A DNA stretch of 64,000 nt from Cloacimonetes bacterium SCGC AAA252-N17 (GCA_000404785.1 ASNI01000004.1:4047-68046), one strand, 5' to 3'; positions 40,539 through 50,492 are shown, counted from the first letter of the stretch. Numbers and translations: made by a program. The notes: a model not told the origin generated them from the sequence alone.

Positions 40539-40946
40539 ATGGAAAAGAAGCCAATAAGAAGTTTTCACGACTTGGATGTTTACCAAAACTCTTATGAAGC
40601 GATGCGTTCTGTGTTTAACGAAATATTACCAAAACTGCCTGCAGAAGAAAAATATGATTTGGTAGATCAATTACGGAGATCAAGCAAGGCAATTCCTCGC
40701 CTTATTGCAGAAGGGCATTCAAAAAGGCATCAGAATCCCGATATATCGGGACAAAAATATATTGATGATGCAATGGGAGAATCTAATGAAACGATAGTAT
40801 CTCTCTCTCAGACAAAGGACTTATATGCCAAACATATAGATATTGAAGTATGCAAAAGGTTAATGGATACTTATGATAAAATTAGCAGGCAGTTATATAA
40901 TTTAGCATTAGTGTGGACAAAATTTGGTGAAAAAGATAAATTGTGA
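40539..40946 (+). CDS. Four-helix-bundle protein (TIGR02436; the '23S rRNA intervening sequence protein' family)
   Basis: Has the diagnostic N-terminus FHDLDVYQNSYEAMRSVFNEILPKLPAEEKYDLVDQLRRSSKAIPRLIAEG. Confidence 0.8.
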   Translation: MEKKPIRSFHDLDVYQNSYEAMRSVFNEILPKLPAEEKYDLVDQLRRSSKAIPRLIAEGHSKRHQNPDISGQKYIDDAMGESNETIVSLSQTKDLYAKHIDIEVCKRLMDTYDKISRQLYNLALVWTKFGEKDKL

Positions 40947-41032
40947 TATCGTATATCGTCAATTGGTTGGGCAACTCGAAACGGTTGACGGATACCGGAA
41001 AACGACACGTCTGGCGATTTACGCAAGACGAT
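40946..41032. repeat. Direct repeat copy 2, slightly degenerate
   Basis: The sequence atatcgtatatcgtcaattggttgggcaactcgaaacggttgacggataccggaaaacgacacgtctggcgatttacgcaagacgatt. Confidence 0.85.
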
Positions 41033-41088
41033 TTCCCGATTTATCGGGACAACCGTCCACCGTATAACGAAATATTTATAGGAGAACA

Positions 41089-42306
41089 ATGAGCCTATCT
41101 TTTACCCCTGAAATGTTAGTAGGATTACCAGAATATTTAACTGGCACAAGTAGATTCCAGAACATTAACAAAATTATTACTTATAATGCAACCTGGAGAA
41201 AAGAAGCTTACGACAACCTAAAAAAATTACTCAAGCATATGCGAGAAATAAACGCCTCTGATATAGATTTAGGCGGACCTGGCGCAAAGAGACAAATCTG
41301 GTATAGAGTCTATGGGAAAAAATCTCCACATCAGGATATGCCTTCATACACTAATGATGAAGTTACCGCTATATTATTAAGTGTATTGTCCGATGAACAG
41401 AAAATAACACTTTTCAAAAACAAAAATGTAGACCTCTCTGTAGGAATGGTATTAGAAAAGGGGGAAGAACCCAGCCGGTTCCGTAGCGATATCTATTATG
41501 AAAGTAATGTTTTAGTAGCAAACTTCAGACGCATCAACCAAGAACTATTTACAATACAATCTTTAAACTTTCCCGAATCAATTATCAAAAGATTAGACCT
41601 CCAATATGAAAAATCTGGTCTAATTTTAGTAACAGGAATCACAGGCTCAGGAAAAAGTTGCACATTAGACTCTATTATAGATATGAATAATCACAACAAT
41701 AACTCCCATATTGTAATTATTGGAAATCCAATTGAATATATCCACCAATCAGATAAATGTATTATTAGACATAGGGAAGTTGGTGAAGATGTATTAAATT
41801 TTAGAGAAGGAACAATACAAGCATTAAGACAGGACCCTGATATAATTGTTGTTGGAGAAATGCGAGACCCTGAAACAATTGCTACAGTTCTTGAAGCCAC
41901 TGATAGCGGTCATAAGTGTTTTACTACCTTACATACAAGTTCAGCAGTTGATAGTATGCATAGAATTATTGCTGAATTTCCTCCAAACGAGCAAGATAGA
42001 ATAAGGATAAGACTGGCAGATACCTTGAAAGTGATTATCTCTCAAAAATTAGTTCCAAATAAGCAAGGCAAGCTAACATTAGCAAAAGAGATTCTTTCTG
42101 TAGATGCATCTGTGTCCGCTGCAATAAGAAATAAAAATATCAACGAAATATATCAGATGATTACTGAAGGTAAAAGAAAAGGTATGATAACCCTTGAACA
42201 AGACCTATTTAATCTATGTAAAACCAATATAATAACAAAAGAAACAGCTATGAACTTTTCAAATAACAGAAAGAGAATGGAGCAGTTGTTAACTTACTCA
42301 AAATAG
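41089..42306 (+). CDS. pilT: Type IV pilus retraction ATPase (PilT/PilU family) with an N-terminal extension of about 60 aa
   Basis: Walker A motif GITGSGKSCT, the motif VGEMRDPETI, and the His box TLHTSSAVDSMHRIIAEFP. Confidence 0.85.
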   Translation: MSLSFTPEMLVGLPEYLTGTSRFQNINKIITYNATWRKEAYDNLKKLLKHMREINASDIDLGGPGAKRQIWYRVYGKKSPHQDMPSYTNDEVTAILLSVLSDEQKITLFKNKNVDLSVGMVLEKGEEPSRFRSDIYYESNVLVANFRRINQELFTIQSLNFPESIIKRLDLQYEKSGLILVTGITGSGKSCTLDSIIDMNNHNNNSHIVIIGNPIEYIHQSDKCIIRHREVGEDVLNFREGTIQALRQDPDIIVVGEMRDPETIATVLEATDSGHKCFTTLHTSSAVDSMHRIIAEFPPNEQDRIRIRLADTLKVIISQKLVPNKQGKLTLAKEILSVDASVSAAIRNKNINEIYQMITEGKRKGMITLEQDLFNLCKTNIITKETAMNFSNNRKRMEQLLTYSK

Positions 42307-42317
42307 ATTCCTAAATA

Positions 42318-44399
42318 ATGAAATTTAAAAAAGAGAAATTAGCATTTGGTATTTCCCAGGATGGATTATCAATTAAAGTTGCTCAACTTGCTTTAGAAAA
42401 TGGTAAAATAAAGATACAGCGTTTAGAAGAGACTGAACTTTCATGTTCTCTATACCCAAAAGAAATCACTGAAGAAGAAAAGAAATCCGCATTAAAAGAA
42501 TCAGAGTTTACTGACTTAGAAGAGGAAGAGCTAAATATTCCGGAAATCTCAGAATTTGATGAAAAAGAAAGTTTTGAAGAAATTGAAAAAGAAAAAGCAA
42601 TATCAGGGCAAAATGACTTACAAAAATTACTTCTTAAATTTCCTATAGAAAAAGGCAAGATTGCCCTCAATGCAAACGAAGAACAAATTTCATATAAGCA
42701 ATTTGATGAAATACCTACAGCAAAGATAAAAAAGAGAATCAAATCAGAATTTTTATCCAAAGAAGAAATCCAATCCAAAGATTATGAGTTAAGTTATATA
42801 TTAAATCCTGATAAAACTATTCTGGCTTTTGTGCATCGTGGTAAGTTTGAACTTCTTAATGCCTTGCAGGATATTAATCTTGTTATTTCAAAAAGGAAAT
42901 TCTTTTATAGCTTTATAGATACAAATGAAATCTCACTAATGAATTTAGTCAGAACTTGCTATGACTTTCCTCCAGAGGATTATGTGTTGATTTTGTACAT
43001 TGGTATTGATTATAGAGTGGGAATTGTAATGAAAGGTGGCAGCTATGTAAAAACCTTTCCAATTATTGTTACGCAAACTGATTTAGAGGGAATTAAGAAG
43101 GCAATTTATTCAAAAGTTATATTGGAACAGGATGTATCGGGCATTCCAATAACTCAGCATTTAGTCATGGCTGGGAAAAACATACTTGATGAAGATGTTG
43201 AATATTTTAAGAAAAATCTAAAACCTAAATCAACAGTTTGCCGTTTAGATTTAAAGAATATTGATATTTCGGAAATCAAGAGTGATGAGCAACTATCAAA
43301 AAAAATTGCAAGATTTGCAATACCAATTGCACTTGCATGGAAGACATTAGAACCAAAAAATAAAGATTTTTTCCCAAGCAATCTTCTTCTATCAAAGATA
43401 ATTGAAAGGCAAAAGCATTTTAAAATTTCCTGGCACGGATTGCTTGTATTAGCAGCTATTTTCTATTTTTCACTAACTGGCACTATTAAACATCAGGATC
43501 TCAGCCAGAAAATCATTGAAGCTAGAACACAGAACTATAATATAGAGGTAGAACTTCGGAAAAACAGAAATATACTTGCAAAACTAAATGAAGTCAAAAA
43601 TCAAATATCTACTTTGCAACAGAATGAAGGAAAAACCGAGAGGATAATTGGCAACAAAAATCAATGGTATTATATATTAAATACGCTTTCAAACTTTCTA
43701 TTAGAAAATAAAATAAGCTGGATAACAAGCTTGAATAGTAGAGAAGATAATTTTCAAATCTCAGGCTATACAACTCAAAGGAGAAATATTATTGGCTTTT
43801 CAGAACTATTCCCTAATGGCAGAATTATTGAAGTTACAAGTTATTTAATACAGGAATTTCCCATCTGGAAATTTGTTATGGTCTTTTCGTATCCAAATCC
43901 TGAAGATACTAAAAAAGAAGAAGAAAATTTATCTAAAATTTACATAGCTGAAGTAACGGAAAAACCATCAGAACCAGAACCTGTAACCAAAGAACCAATT
44001 AAACCTGAGATTTATAAAGAAGATTCTAAAAAAGATAAATTAAAAATTTATAACTCTATTACAAAATTATATTTTGCAAGTAATTTAAAAGAAGCATACG
44101 AAAGGTTTAAAGAATTTGTTTTAGAATACCCTGAGTATAAATATTCTTATAATGCTAACTATCTTATGGGGGAATGCTTGTATCTAATGGGTAAAATATC
44201 AGAAGCAAAAGCAATTTTTGAAAGAACTCTTACACTTGGAGGAACAAAAACTCCTGATGCACTTATGATGCTGGGAAACTCATATAAAAAAGAAAATAAT
44301 ATAGAAAAAGCAAATCATTACTGGAACCAGCTAATAAAGAATTTTCCCAATAATAGATTAGCTAAAATCGCAAAAAACAAAATCATAGAGAATATGTAA
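42318..44399 (+). CDS. PilM-like (actin-fold) and PilN-like (TM plus coiled coil) fusion protein with a C-terminal TPR domain
   Basis: N-terminus KLAFGISQDGLSIKVAQLALENGKIKI, typical of PilM. A single TM helix at about residue 370 is followed by a coiled coil. The C-terminus has TPR repeats (YNANYLMGECLYLMGKISEAKAIFERTL…). Confidence 0.55.
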   Translation: MKFKKEKLAFGISQDGLSIKVAQLALENGKIKIQRLEETELSCSLYPKEITEEEKKSALKESEFTDLEEEELNIPEISEFDEKESFEEIEKEKAISGQNDLQKLLLKFPIEKGKIALNANEEQISYKQFDEIPTAKIKKRIKSEFLSKEEIQSKDYELSYILNPDKTILAFVHRGKFELLNALQDINLVISKRKFFYSFIDTNEISLMNLVRTCYDFPPEDYVLILYIGIDYRVGIVMKGGSYVKTFPIIVTQTDLEGIKKAIYSKVILEQDVSGIPITQHLVMAGKNILDEDVEYFKKNLKPKSTVCRLDLKNIDISEIKSDEQLSKKIARFAIPIALAWKTLEPKNKDFFPSNLLLSKIIERQKHFKISWHGLLVLAAIFYFSLTGTIKHQDLSQKIIEARTQNYNIEVELRKNRNILAKLNEVKNQISTLQQNEGKTERIIGNKNQWYYILNTLSNFLLENKISWITSLNSREDNFQISGYTTQRRNIIGFSELFPNGRIIEVTSYLIQEFPIWKFVMVFSYPNPEDTKKEEENLSKIYIAEVTEKPSEPEPVTKEPIKPEIYKEDSKKDKLKIYNSITKLYFASNLKEAYERFKEFVLEYPEYKYSYNANYLMGECLYLMGKISEAKAIFERTLTLGGTKTPDALMMLGNSYKKENNIEKANHYWNQLIKNFPNNRLAKIAKNKIIENM

Positions 44400-44401
44400 T
44401 T

Positions 44402-45274
44402 ATGCCATATGTAATTAGAAATACAATCGTTTTAGCAGTTTTACTGTTAATTGTTTTATTTGTAAGTATTATCGGAAATGCAAATTCGGTAAGAAAATTT
44501 GAAGAGGCAAAGAAATCATACAATGAGAAAGTAAAAATGTTAGAAACCCTCAAGAGAACCGATCCTGATATAAAAGATGAAGCTCGAATTATAAAAGAGC
44601 TTGAGAATATGCAAAAAAAAGCACTTGAAAGCAATAAAGTTATACTGAAAGATGATAATCCGACTCTTTCATATCAATATTTGATTGGTATTTGTGATAA
44701 TTTTTGCCCTGATGTTAATTTTAACTTCCGAACTGCAGGTTCAGGCCAAATGGAAGACATTTCTTTCAATACATATAACATCTCTGGAGATGCTAATATA
44801 GAATCTCTTCATTTTTTTATTTATCAAATTGAATATCAGCCCCCACTTTATACAGTTGAATCTATCAAGCTTTCTGAACAATCGGTAGCTATGGCTGATA
44901 CAGTAAATTTTATGCTTGTTTTACGAGCATATTTTAATGACAATGGAACTAAATTAAAAGATATACCAATGAGAAGTTTTAGATTTACAAATCTAACATA
45001 TAACCCATTTTATTCCAGAATTCACGAGCCTATATTAAATATGGAAGAGGAAAAATATCTTAATGTGTATACAGCATCAATGATAGGTTTAACTCCGAAT
45101 AGAGTATTTTTGCGCGATGAAAATGGAAAAATTAATACTCTCACTCCGGGATACAAAGTTGCTTATGGCTATCTGGATCATATCAACTGGAATAAACAAG
45201 CTGCTGTATTTAAGATAAATCGTATCGGAATCTCAGAGAAAAAAATTATATATATCGAGGGTGATACACAATGA
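44402..45274 (+). CDS. PilO/PilN-like inner-membrane pilus alignment protein
   Basis: N-terminal TM helix (IVLAVLLLIVLFVSIIG), then a coiled coil and a periplasmic domain. Its position between the pilM/N gene and the secretin gene supports the call. Confidence 0.5.
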   Translation: MPYVIRNTIVLAVLLLIVLFVSIIGNANSVRKFEEAKKSYNEKVKMLETLKRTDPDIKDEARIIKELENMQKKALESNKVILKDDNPTLSYQYLIGICDNFCPDVNFNFRTAGSGQMEDISFNTYNISGDANIESLHFFIYQIEYQPPLYTVESIKLSEQSVAMADTVNFMLVLRAYFNDNGTKLKDIPMRSFRFTNLTYNPFYSRIHEPILNMEEEKYLNVYTASMIGLTPNRVFLRDENGKINTLTPGYKVAYGYLDHINWNKQAAVFKINRIGISEKKIIYIEGDTQ

Positions 45275-46482
45275 AAAAATTATTGCTTTTTTTTATTTTA
45301 ATATTTTTGTCTAGCACGCTTTTCTGTCAATGGAAAGAAGAAAAAATCATTTCGCCAGAAGAGTTAATTACAATCTCCCGGGATACAAATTTTCCTGATG
45401 CAATTATAGCACTTGAAACAATGTCTCAAAGATTTGAAGGACGTAAAATAGTTAATATGAGCAGTTTTACCGCACCTATTGGAATTCCAATTAAACAGCT
45501 ATATTGGAAAGATGCTTTAGAGCTTATTATAAACTTTAATAATCTCATTCTTGAAGAACTGCCAGGAATTTATCTAATAAGAGATCGGGTTATAGAAGAA
45601 AAACCACCAGAAGAAGTAATGCTAGAAGAGAAGGAAATTACTCCTGATACTGAGCAGATACGAATCAGTTCAATATTTTTTATTGCTGATAAGTCAGTAT
45701 TAAACAGTATTGGCATAGATTGGTCAACACTTTACAACGGCAAAGTTGTAGCAGCAATAAATTTTTCAGGTGGGAGCCAAGTAATAAGTGATATATTTAA
45801 TGCAAGTGGAACAACAACATTGGAATCAGGTGACATTACAATTGATGTAAATACACTCTTACGAATAATAGAAGCCAACCAAAAAGGAACCATTATCGCC
45901 CGACCAAGTATAGTTGTTATATCAGGCAGAAAAGGATACATACAAGTCGGTAAAGATTTCTCTGTAAAAACCAGAGATGAAGCAGGTAATATTACAGATA
46001 AATTTTTTACAACTGGGGTGATTTTAGAGGCAACCCCCACAATCGTTAAGGATAGTCTTAAGACAGCTATACATCTGGTTGCCAAAGTAGAGAGGAGTTC
46101 TGCTGTGCCAGGAGAAATTAGCACCATTATAAATATGAGTCAATCCACAACTGAAGTGCTTTTATTTAATGGAGAGGAAACGGTTATTGGCGGACTTTAT
46201 AGTACAGAAGACACTAAAGTGAGAACCGGAGTACCGCTTTTAAAAGACCTTCCCTGGTGGGTTTTTGGTCTTCGCTATCTTTTTGGATATAATAAACACG
46301 ATAGAGCAGAGAAAGAAATGATAATAATCTTAAAAGCAGAAATTCTTGAACCTATTGAACAGAGGATGGAAGAAGATATTTCTACCAAAGAAAAAATCCA
46401 GAAGATGCGAGATGCAAAAGCATATATTGATACACTTTTTAACGAAAATAAAAGGGATAAAAATGATAAAAACAAGGAATAA
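45271..46482 (+). CDS. pilQ: Secretin (PilQ/GspD family), a short form
   Basis: Signal peptide / lipoprotein-like N-terminus, then a secretin N-domain (AIIALETMSQ…LYWKDALELII) and the C-terminal secretin motif GVPLLKDLPWWVFGLRYLFG…KEMIIILKAEIL. Confidence 0.8.
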   Translation: MKKLLLFFILIFLSSTLFCQWKEEKIISPEELITISRDTNFPDAIIALETMSQRFEGRKIVNMSSFTAPIGIPIKQLYWKDALELIINFNNLILEELPGIYLIRDRVIEEKPPEEVMLEEKEITPDTEQIRISSIFFIADKSVLNSIGIDWSTLYNGKVVAAINFSGGSQVISDIFNASGTTTLESGDITIDVNTLLRIIEANQKGTIIARPSIVVISGRKGYIQVGKDFSVKTRDEAGNITDKFFTTGVILEATPTIVKDSLKTAIHLVAKVERSSAVPGEISTIINMSQSTTEVLLFNGEETVIGGLYSTEDTKVRTGVPLLKDLPWWVFGLRYLFGYNKHDRAEKEMIIILKAEILEPIEQRMEEDISTKEKIQKMRDAKAYIDTLFNENKRDKNDKNKE

Positions 46483-48289
46483 AAACCCTATTAAGTTTTT
46501 CTGCTTTGCTATACTTGGTATTATATCTTTTTATTTGATAAGTTGTGGCGTAAAGCTAACTTCTCCAGGTAGCCATGATGCTCCTACAGATTTGGAGATA
46601 AAAAAAATAGAGGAAGGTAGAGTTGAACTAAGCTGGAAATATTCTATTTCTACTGATGATACTCTACAATTTGTTATAGCAAAAAGAATTGGTAAAGGCA
46701 CCTGGATCGAGACGTATTCAATTGTAGTTGAATCCCCTTTTAACTTCGTTGATAATATCCTTACAAATGATAGCCTTGCATATGCCTATAAGGTTAAAGT
46801 CCATAATATAGAGACTGATATAACTTCGCAATTCTCTGAAGTTGTTGCCTATCTCTCTCCACAAACTGCCCCAACGGATCTGAATATTGTGCAAACTTCC
46901 CAGGAGAAATTGAAAGTAAGCTGGGAGGACCATTGCGTAGGCGAAGAAGGCTATTATATTGATAAAAAGATAGATAATGGAAGTTGGACTGATAAGTATA
47001 AAATTCTCACTGCCAATACAACCTCTTTGAGTGACTCTACCAATCTTTTTGAAACAGTTTATTATCGTGTTTGGGTGTTTGTTGGGGAATCAAAAAAAGG
47101 TGGGGTTGAGAATTCTATAGTTACCACTTTGCCAGCTCCCAGCAATTTAATCTTGCAAAAACCAGATCCATGTAAAATCAGCCTTTCTTGGAACGACAAT
47201 AGCGATGGGGAAGAAGGATTTTATATTGATAAAAAAATTGGTGAATTAGATTGGATTACGGAGTATGATTCTGTAGCAACTAATACTAATTCTTTTATAG
47301 ATGATATTACGCAACCTTGTGGAACTTTTTACTATCGCGTTAGAGCCTATGCCTATGACTCTACTTATTGTAACACATTTTACTCTGGATATAGTAATGA
47401 AGTCCATATAAATATTAGATTAGAAGAGATTGGTTCTGTGAATACCTCAGGAGATGCCACAGAAGTATTTGTCGCAAACTGGAAAGCCTTTGTGGCTGAT
47501 CAATATAATGGACTTGTGCTTATCGATTGTTCAAATCCAAGTGCACCTAATGAAATCAGCAGTATAAGCTTTAATGATAGAACACTATCAGTTTTTGTTG
47601 ACAATAATTTTGCTTATATAACTAATCACAATGGTGGGTTAAATATAGTCGATGTCAACTCGCTTGTAAAAATAGACAGTTGTGCAACTGCTGGGGTTCC
47701 AAATGATGTATTTGTTTCTGGTGATTTTGCCTATATTGCAATTGGTGAAGATGGAGTTTCAATATTAACTGAAACTGAACCTCTAAGTTTTATGGGAAAT
47801 TGCGGGACTGGTGGAGATGCAAGAAAAGTCTTTGCTTATGAAGACCCCTCTCCTTTTGTTTTTGTAGCTAATGGTCTTGACGGCGGTATTGCTATATTAG
47901 ATGTTTCCGAGCCATCAAATCCCTTATTTGTATCTGACCTTCCAATTGCTGGGCTTGCCCAAGATGTTTATGCACTTGGTAATTATGCCTATCTAGCAAA
48001 TGGTGAGAAAGGATTAGAAATTATTGATATTTCTGATGCAAATTCTCCATTGCCTGTTGCCAATTGCCCAACAGATGGTTTTGCCTATAGTGTCTATGCC
48101 CGAGATAATTATGTCTATTTAGCAGACAAAGAGGAGGGACTGTTCGTAATTGATGTTTCAGATCCTTTGGCTCCTTACATCTTAGGAACATTTGAGATGT
48201 CGACCGAGCCAGTTTCAATTTATCTATATGGCAGTTACGCTTTTCTTGCTGATAATGAAGGACTAAAAATTGTTCAGGTTGCTCCATAA
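46459..48289 (+). CDS. Lipoprotein with four fibronectin-III-like repeats followed by LVIVD beta-propeller repeats
   Basis: Lipobox LISCG. Fn3-like repeats begin with PTDLEI / PTDLNI / PSNLIL motifs. The C-terminal half has LVLIDCSNP…GLNIVDV…GLEIIDIS…GLFVIDVS repeats. Confidence 0.6.
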
Positions 48290-48347
48290 TTAAAATAAGT
48301 AATATAAATGAAATTTGCATTAAAGCAAAAAAAATAAGGAGAAAAAA

Positions 48348-48855
48348 ATGAGAAAATTAATTAAGATTAATGAGGATAAGATGAAAAAAATACTCATTAT
48401 CCTATGTGGTTTGTTACTTTTAACCACAATTGCAATTGCTGATACTCATGTGGATCCTGGAACTGTAAGTGGCATATGGACTCTTGCCAATAGTCCATAT
48501 ATTATTGATGGTGAAATCCTGATTATAGATGTTGATACATTGAGAATTGAACCTGGTGTAGAAGTCCAATTTTCCGGGCATTATAAGTTTAGTGTTTTCG
48601 GCATATCCCAATCCATTTGATAGAATTATTACTTTCGACTTCACAGCTATACATGAAAAAGTTGAGAATCTGTCAATTTATAATATTAAAGGGCGTTTGG
48701 TTAAAAAATTCACCAATAATGACTTCAACAACTCAACTATTTTGAATTGGACAGGATTCGATTCAAATGGAAAATCAATCTCACCTGGAATCTATTTATA
48801 CAAAATTAATACATCTCGCTTCACCACACTTGGAAAGATCGCTTTTGTTCAGTAG
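48348..48855 (+). pseudogene. Frameshifted remnant of a T9SS-secreted protein: signal peptide plus a beta-helix start, fused out of frame to a T9SS C-terminal domain
   Basis: ORF 48348..48620 encodes a signal peptide plus about 60 aa. The overlapping +1 frame (48592..48855) encodes YPNPFDRIITFDF…GIYLYKI, a T9SS sorting domain. The body of the protein is missing. Confidence 0.6.
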
Positions 48856-48909
48856 GAACAGGTTTTGTTATACTAAGCATAAATAATATTTTTTGATCAA
48901 AGGACATAC

Positions 48910-50487
48910 GTGAACAATTCAGATAAAATGAGCCTTCTTGGTAAAGAAGAAGAGTATCTCCAGCTTAAAAAAGCAGTAGAAACAATGAAATTAGGTGTTA
49001 CAATATCAAATACAAAGGGTGAAATACTATACACTAATCCTGCAGATGCGCATATGCATGGCTGGGAGCCAGATGAACTGATTGCCAAAGATGTCCGCAT
49101 TTTTGCAACAATGAAAAAGTTACAGCCGTGGAAAATGGACCAGGTAATGGAATGGAAAGGAATGACTCGGGAAAGTACGAATATTACTAAAACAGGTGTC
49201 CCTTTTCCGGTTCGCCTAATTTCTGATGTTGTTAGAAATGCAGAAGGTATTCCAACTTCTGTTGTAACTCTTTGTGAAAATATTACTGAATCTAAAAAGC
49301 TTGAGCAGGAACTGAAAGAAAGTGAGGAAAAACTTCGCCAGACCCAGAAAATGGAAACTATCGGTCGACTTGCCGGGGGAGTTGCTCATGATTTTAACAA
49401 TCTTCTTACCGCAATCAATGGACGCTGCGATCTTCTCCTTCGTAAGCTTAATGAATCTGATGCAATGTATAATGAACTTAAAGAGATACGCAAGGCGGGT
49501 GGCAGAGCTGCTTCATTGACGAGCCAACTCCTTACCTTTAGCAGGCAGCAAATAATCAAACCAAGAACCCTCAATCTGAATAAAGTAATTGAAGAAGTTC
49601 AAGATATGCTTCAAAGATTGATTGGAGAGGACATAATTTTAAGTACTGAATTCGAAGAAAATATGTTTATAAAAGCAGATGGCAATCAGATTGATCAAAT
49701 TCTAATGAATCTTGCAGTAAATGCGAGAGATGCCATGCTAAGCGGCGGGAAGCTCACTATCAAAACTTACTCTTCTGAAATTCGTGAAATTGATGTTGCA
49801 GGACAGATCGAAGCACTTAGTCCAGGGAATTATGCTGTCATTGATGTGACAGATACAGGTTCCGGTATGAGCAAGGATACTATTTCTCGAATATTTGAGC
49901 CCTTTTTTACTACAAAGAAAGTTGGCAAGGGTACTGGACTTGGACTTGCAACTGTTTATGGGATCATAAAGCAAAGTAATGGTGGAATTGAGGTTGATAG
50001 TCAACTTGGCGAGGGAACTACATTTAAAATATATTTACCACAGATCGAACCTGAAGAAGATCTTCATCTCGAAACAGAAAAGCCTATAAGTAAATCAGTT
50101 TCAGAAACTACCAGCGAAAAGCAGCAAACAGTTCTTCTTGTAGAGGACCAGGATATAGTGCGGGATCTTGTCACAGAAATTCTCGAGGATGAAGGTTTAA
50201 ATGTTATCACTGCTTATAATGGCATAAACGCGTTTGAAGTCACAAAAAATTACACTGAACCAATTGACCTTATGCTTACAGATGTTATTATGCCGGAAAT
50301 GAATGGAAGAGAATTAGCCGAAAAGATGAAAGCTGAAAAGCCCGAGCTTAAAATTCTCTTTATGTCCGGCTACACCGGCGAAGAGATGCGCAATCGTGGT
50401 GTTCTCGAACCTGGAACTAATTTTATTCAAAAGCCCTTCACGCCTGATGCTTTAGTAGAGAAAGTACGGGAAGTTCTTAACAGCTAA
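48910..50487 (+). CDS. Hybrid sensor histidine kinase (PAS, HisKA, HATPase and C-terminal receiver domains)
   Basis: H-box GGVAHDFNNLLTAI, G-boxes DTGSGM / GTGLGLA, and a receiver domain VLLVEDQD…DLMLTDVIMP. The track starts at a GTG. Confidence 0.88.
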   Translation: MNNSDKMSLLGKEEEYLQLKKAVETMKLGVTISNTKGEILYTNPADAHMHGWEPDELIAKDVRIFATMKKLQPWKMDQVMEWKGMTRESTNITKTGVPFPVRLISDVVRNAEGIPTSVVTLCENITESKKLEQELKESEEKLRQTQKMETIGRLAGGVAHDFNNLLTAINGRCDLLLRKLNESDAMYNELKEIRKAGGRAASLTSQLLTFSRQQIIKPRTLNLNKVIEEVQDMLQRLIGEDIILSTEFEENMFIKADGNQIDQILMNLAVNARDAMLSGGKLTIKTYSSEIREIDVAGQIEALSPGNYAVIDVTDTGSGMSKDTISRIFEPFFTTKKVGKGTGLGLATVYGIIKQSNGGIEVDSQLGEGTTFKIYLPQIEPEEDLHLETEKPISKSVSETTSEKQQTVLLVEDQDIVRDLVTEILEDEGLNVITAYNGINAFEVTKNYTEPIDLMLTDVIMPEMNGRELAEKMKAEKPELKILFMSGYTGEEMRNRGVLEPGTNFIQKPFTPDALVEKVREVLNS

Positions 50488-50492
50488 TTCGG

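Noticed and set aside
40281-41089. Minus-strand ORFs 40281..40586 and 40871..41089 share the peptide RQSADVPFSGIRQPFRVAQPIDDIRY.
   Set aside because: Both are read-throughs of the two copies of the GC-rich direct repeat that flank the four-helix-bundle gene. The shared peptide is simply the repeat translated, not a conserved protein.
46346-46458. Upstream extension of the lipoprotein ORF (track start 46346), which overlaps the secretin 3' end.
   Set aside because: The extension lacks a signal peptide, whereas the internal Met at 46459 gives a proper lipoprotein signal (…FYLISCG). The shorter start was used.
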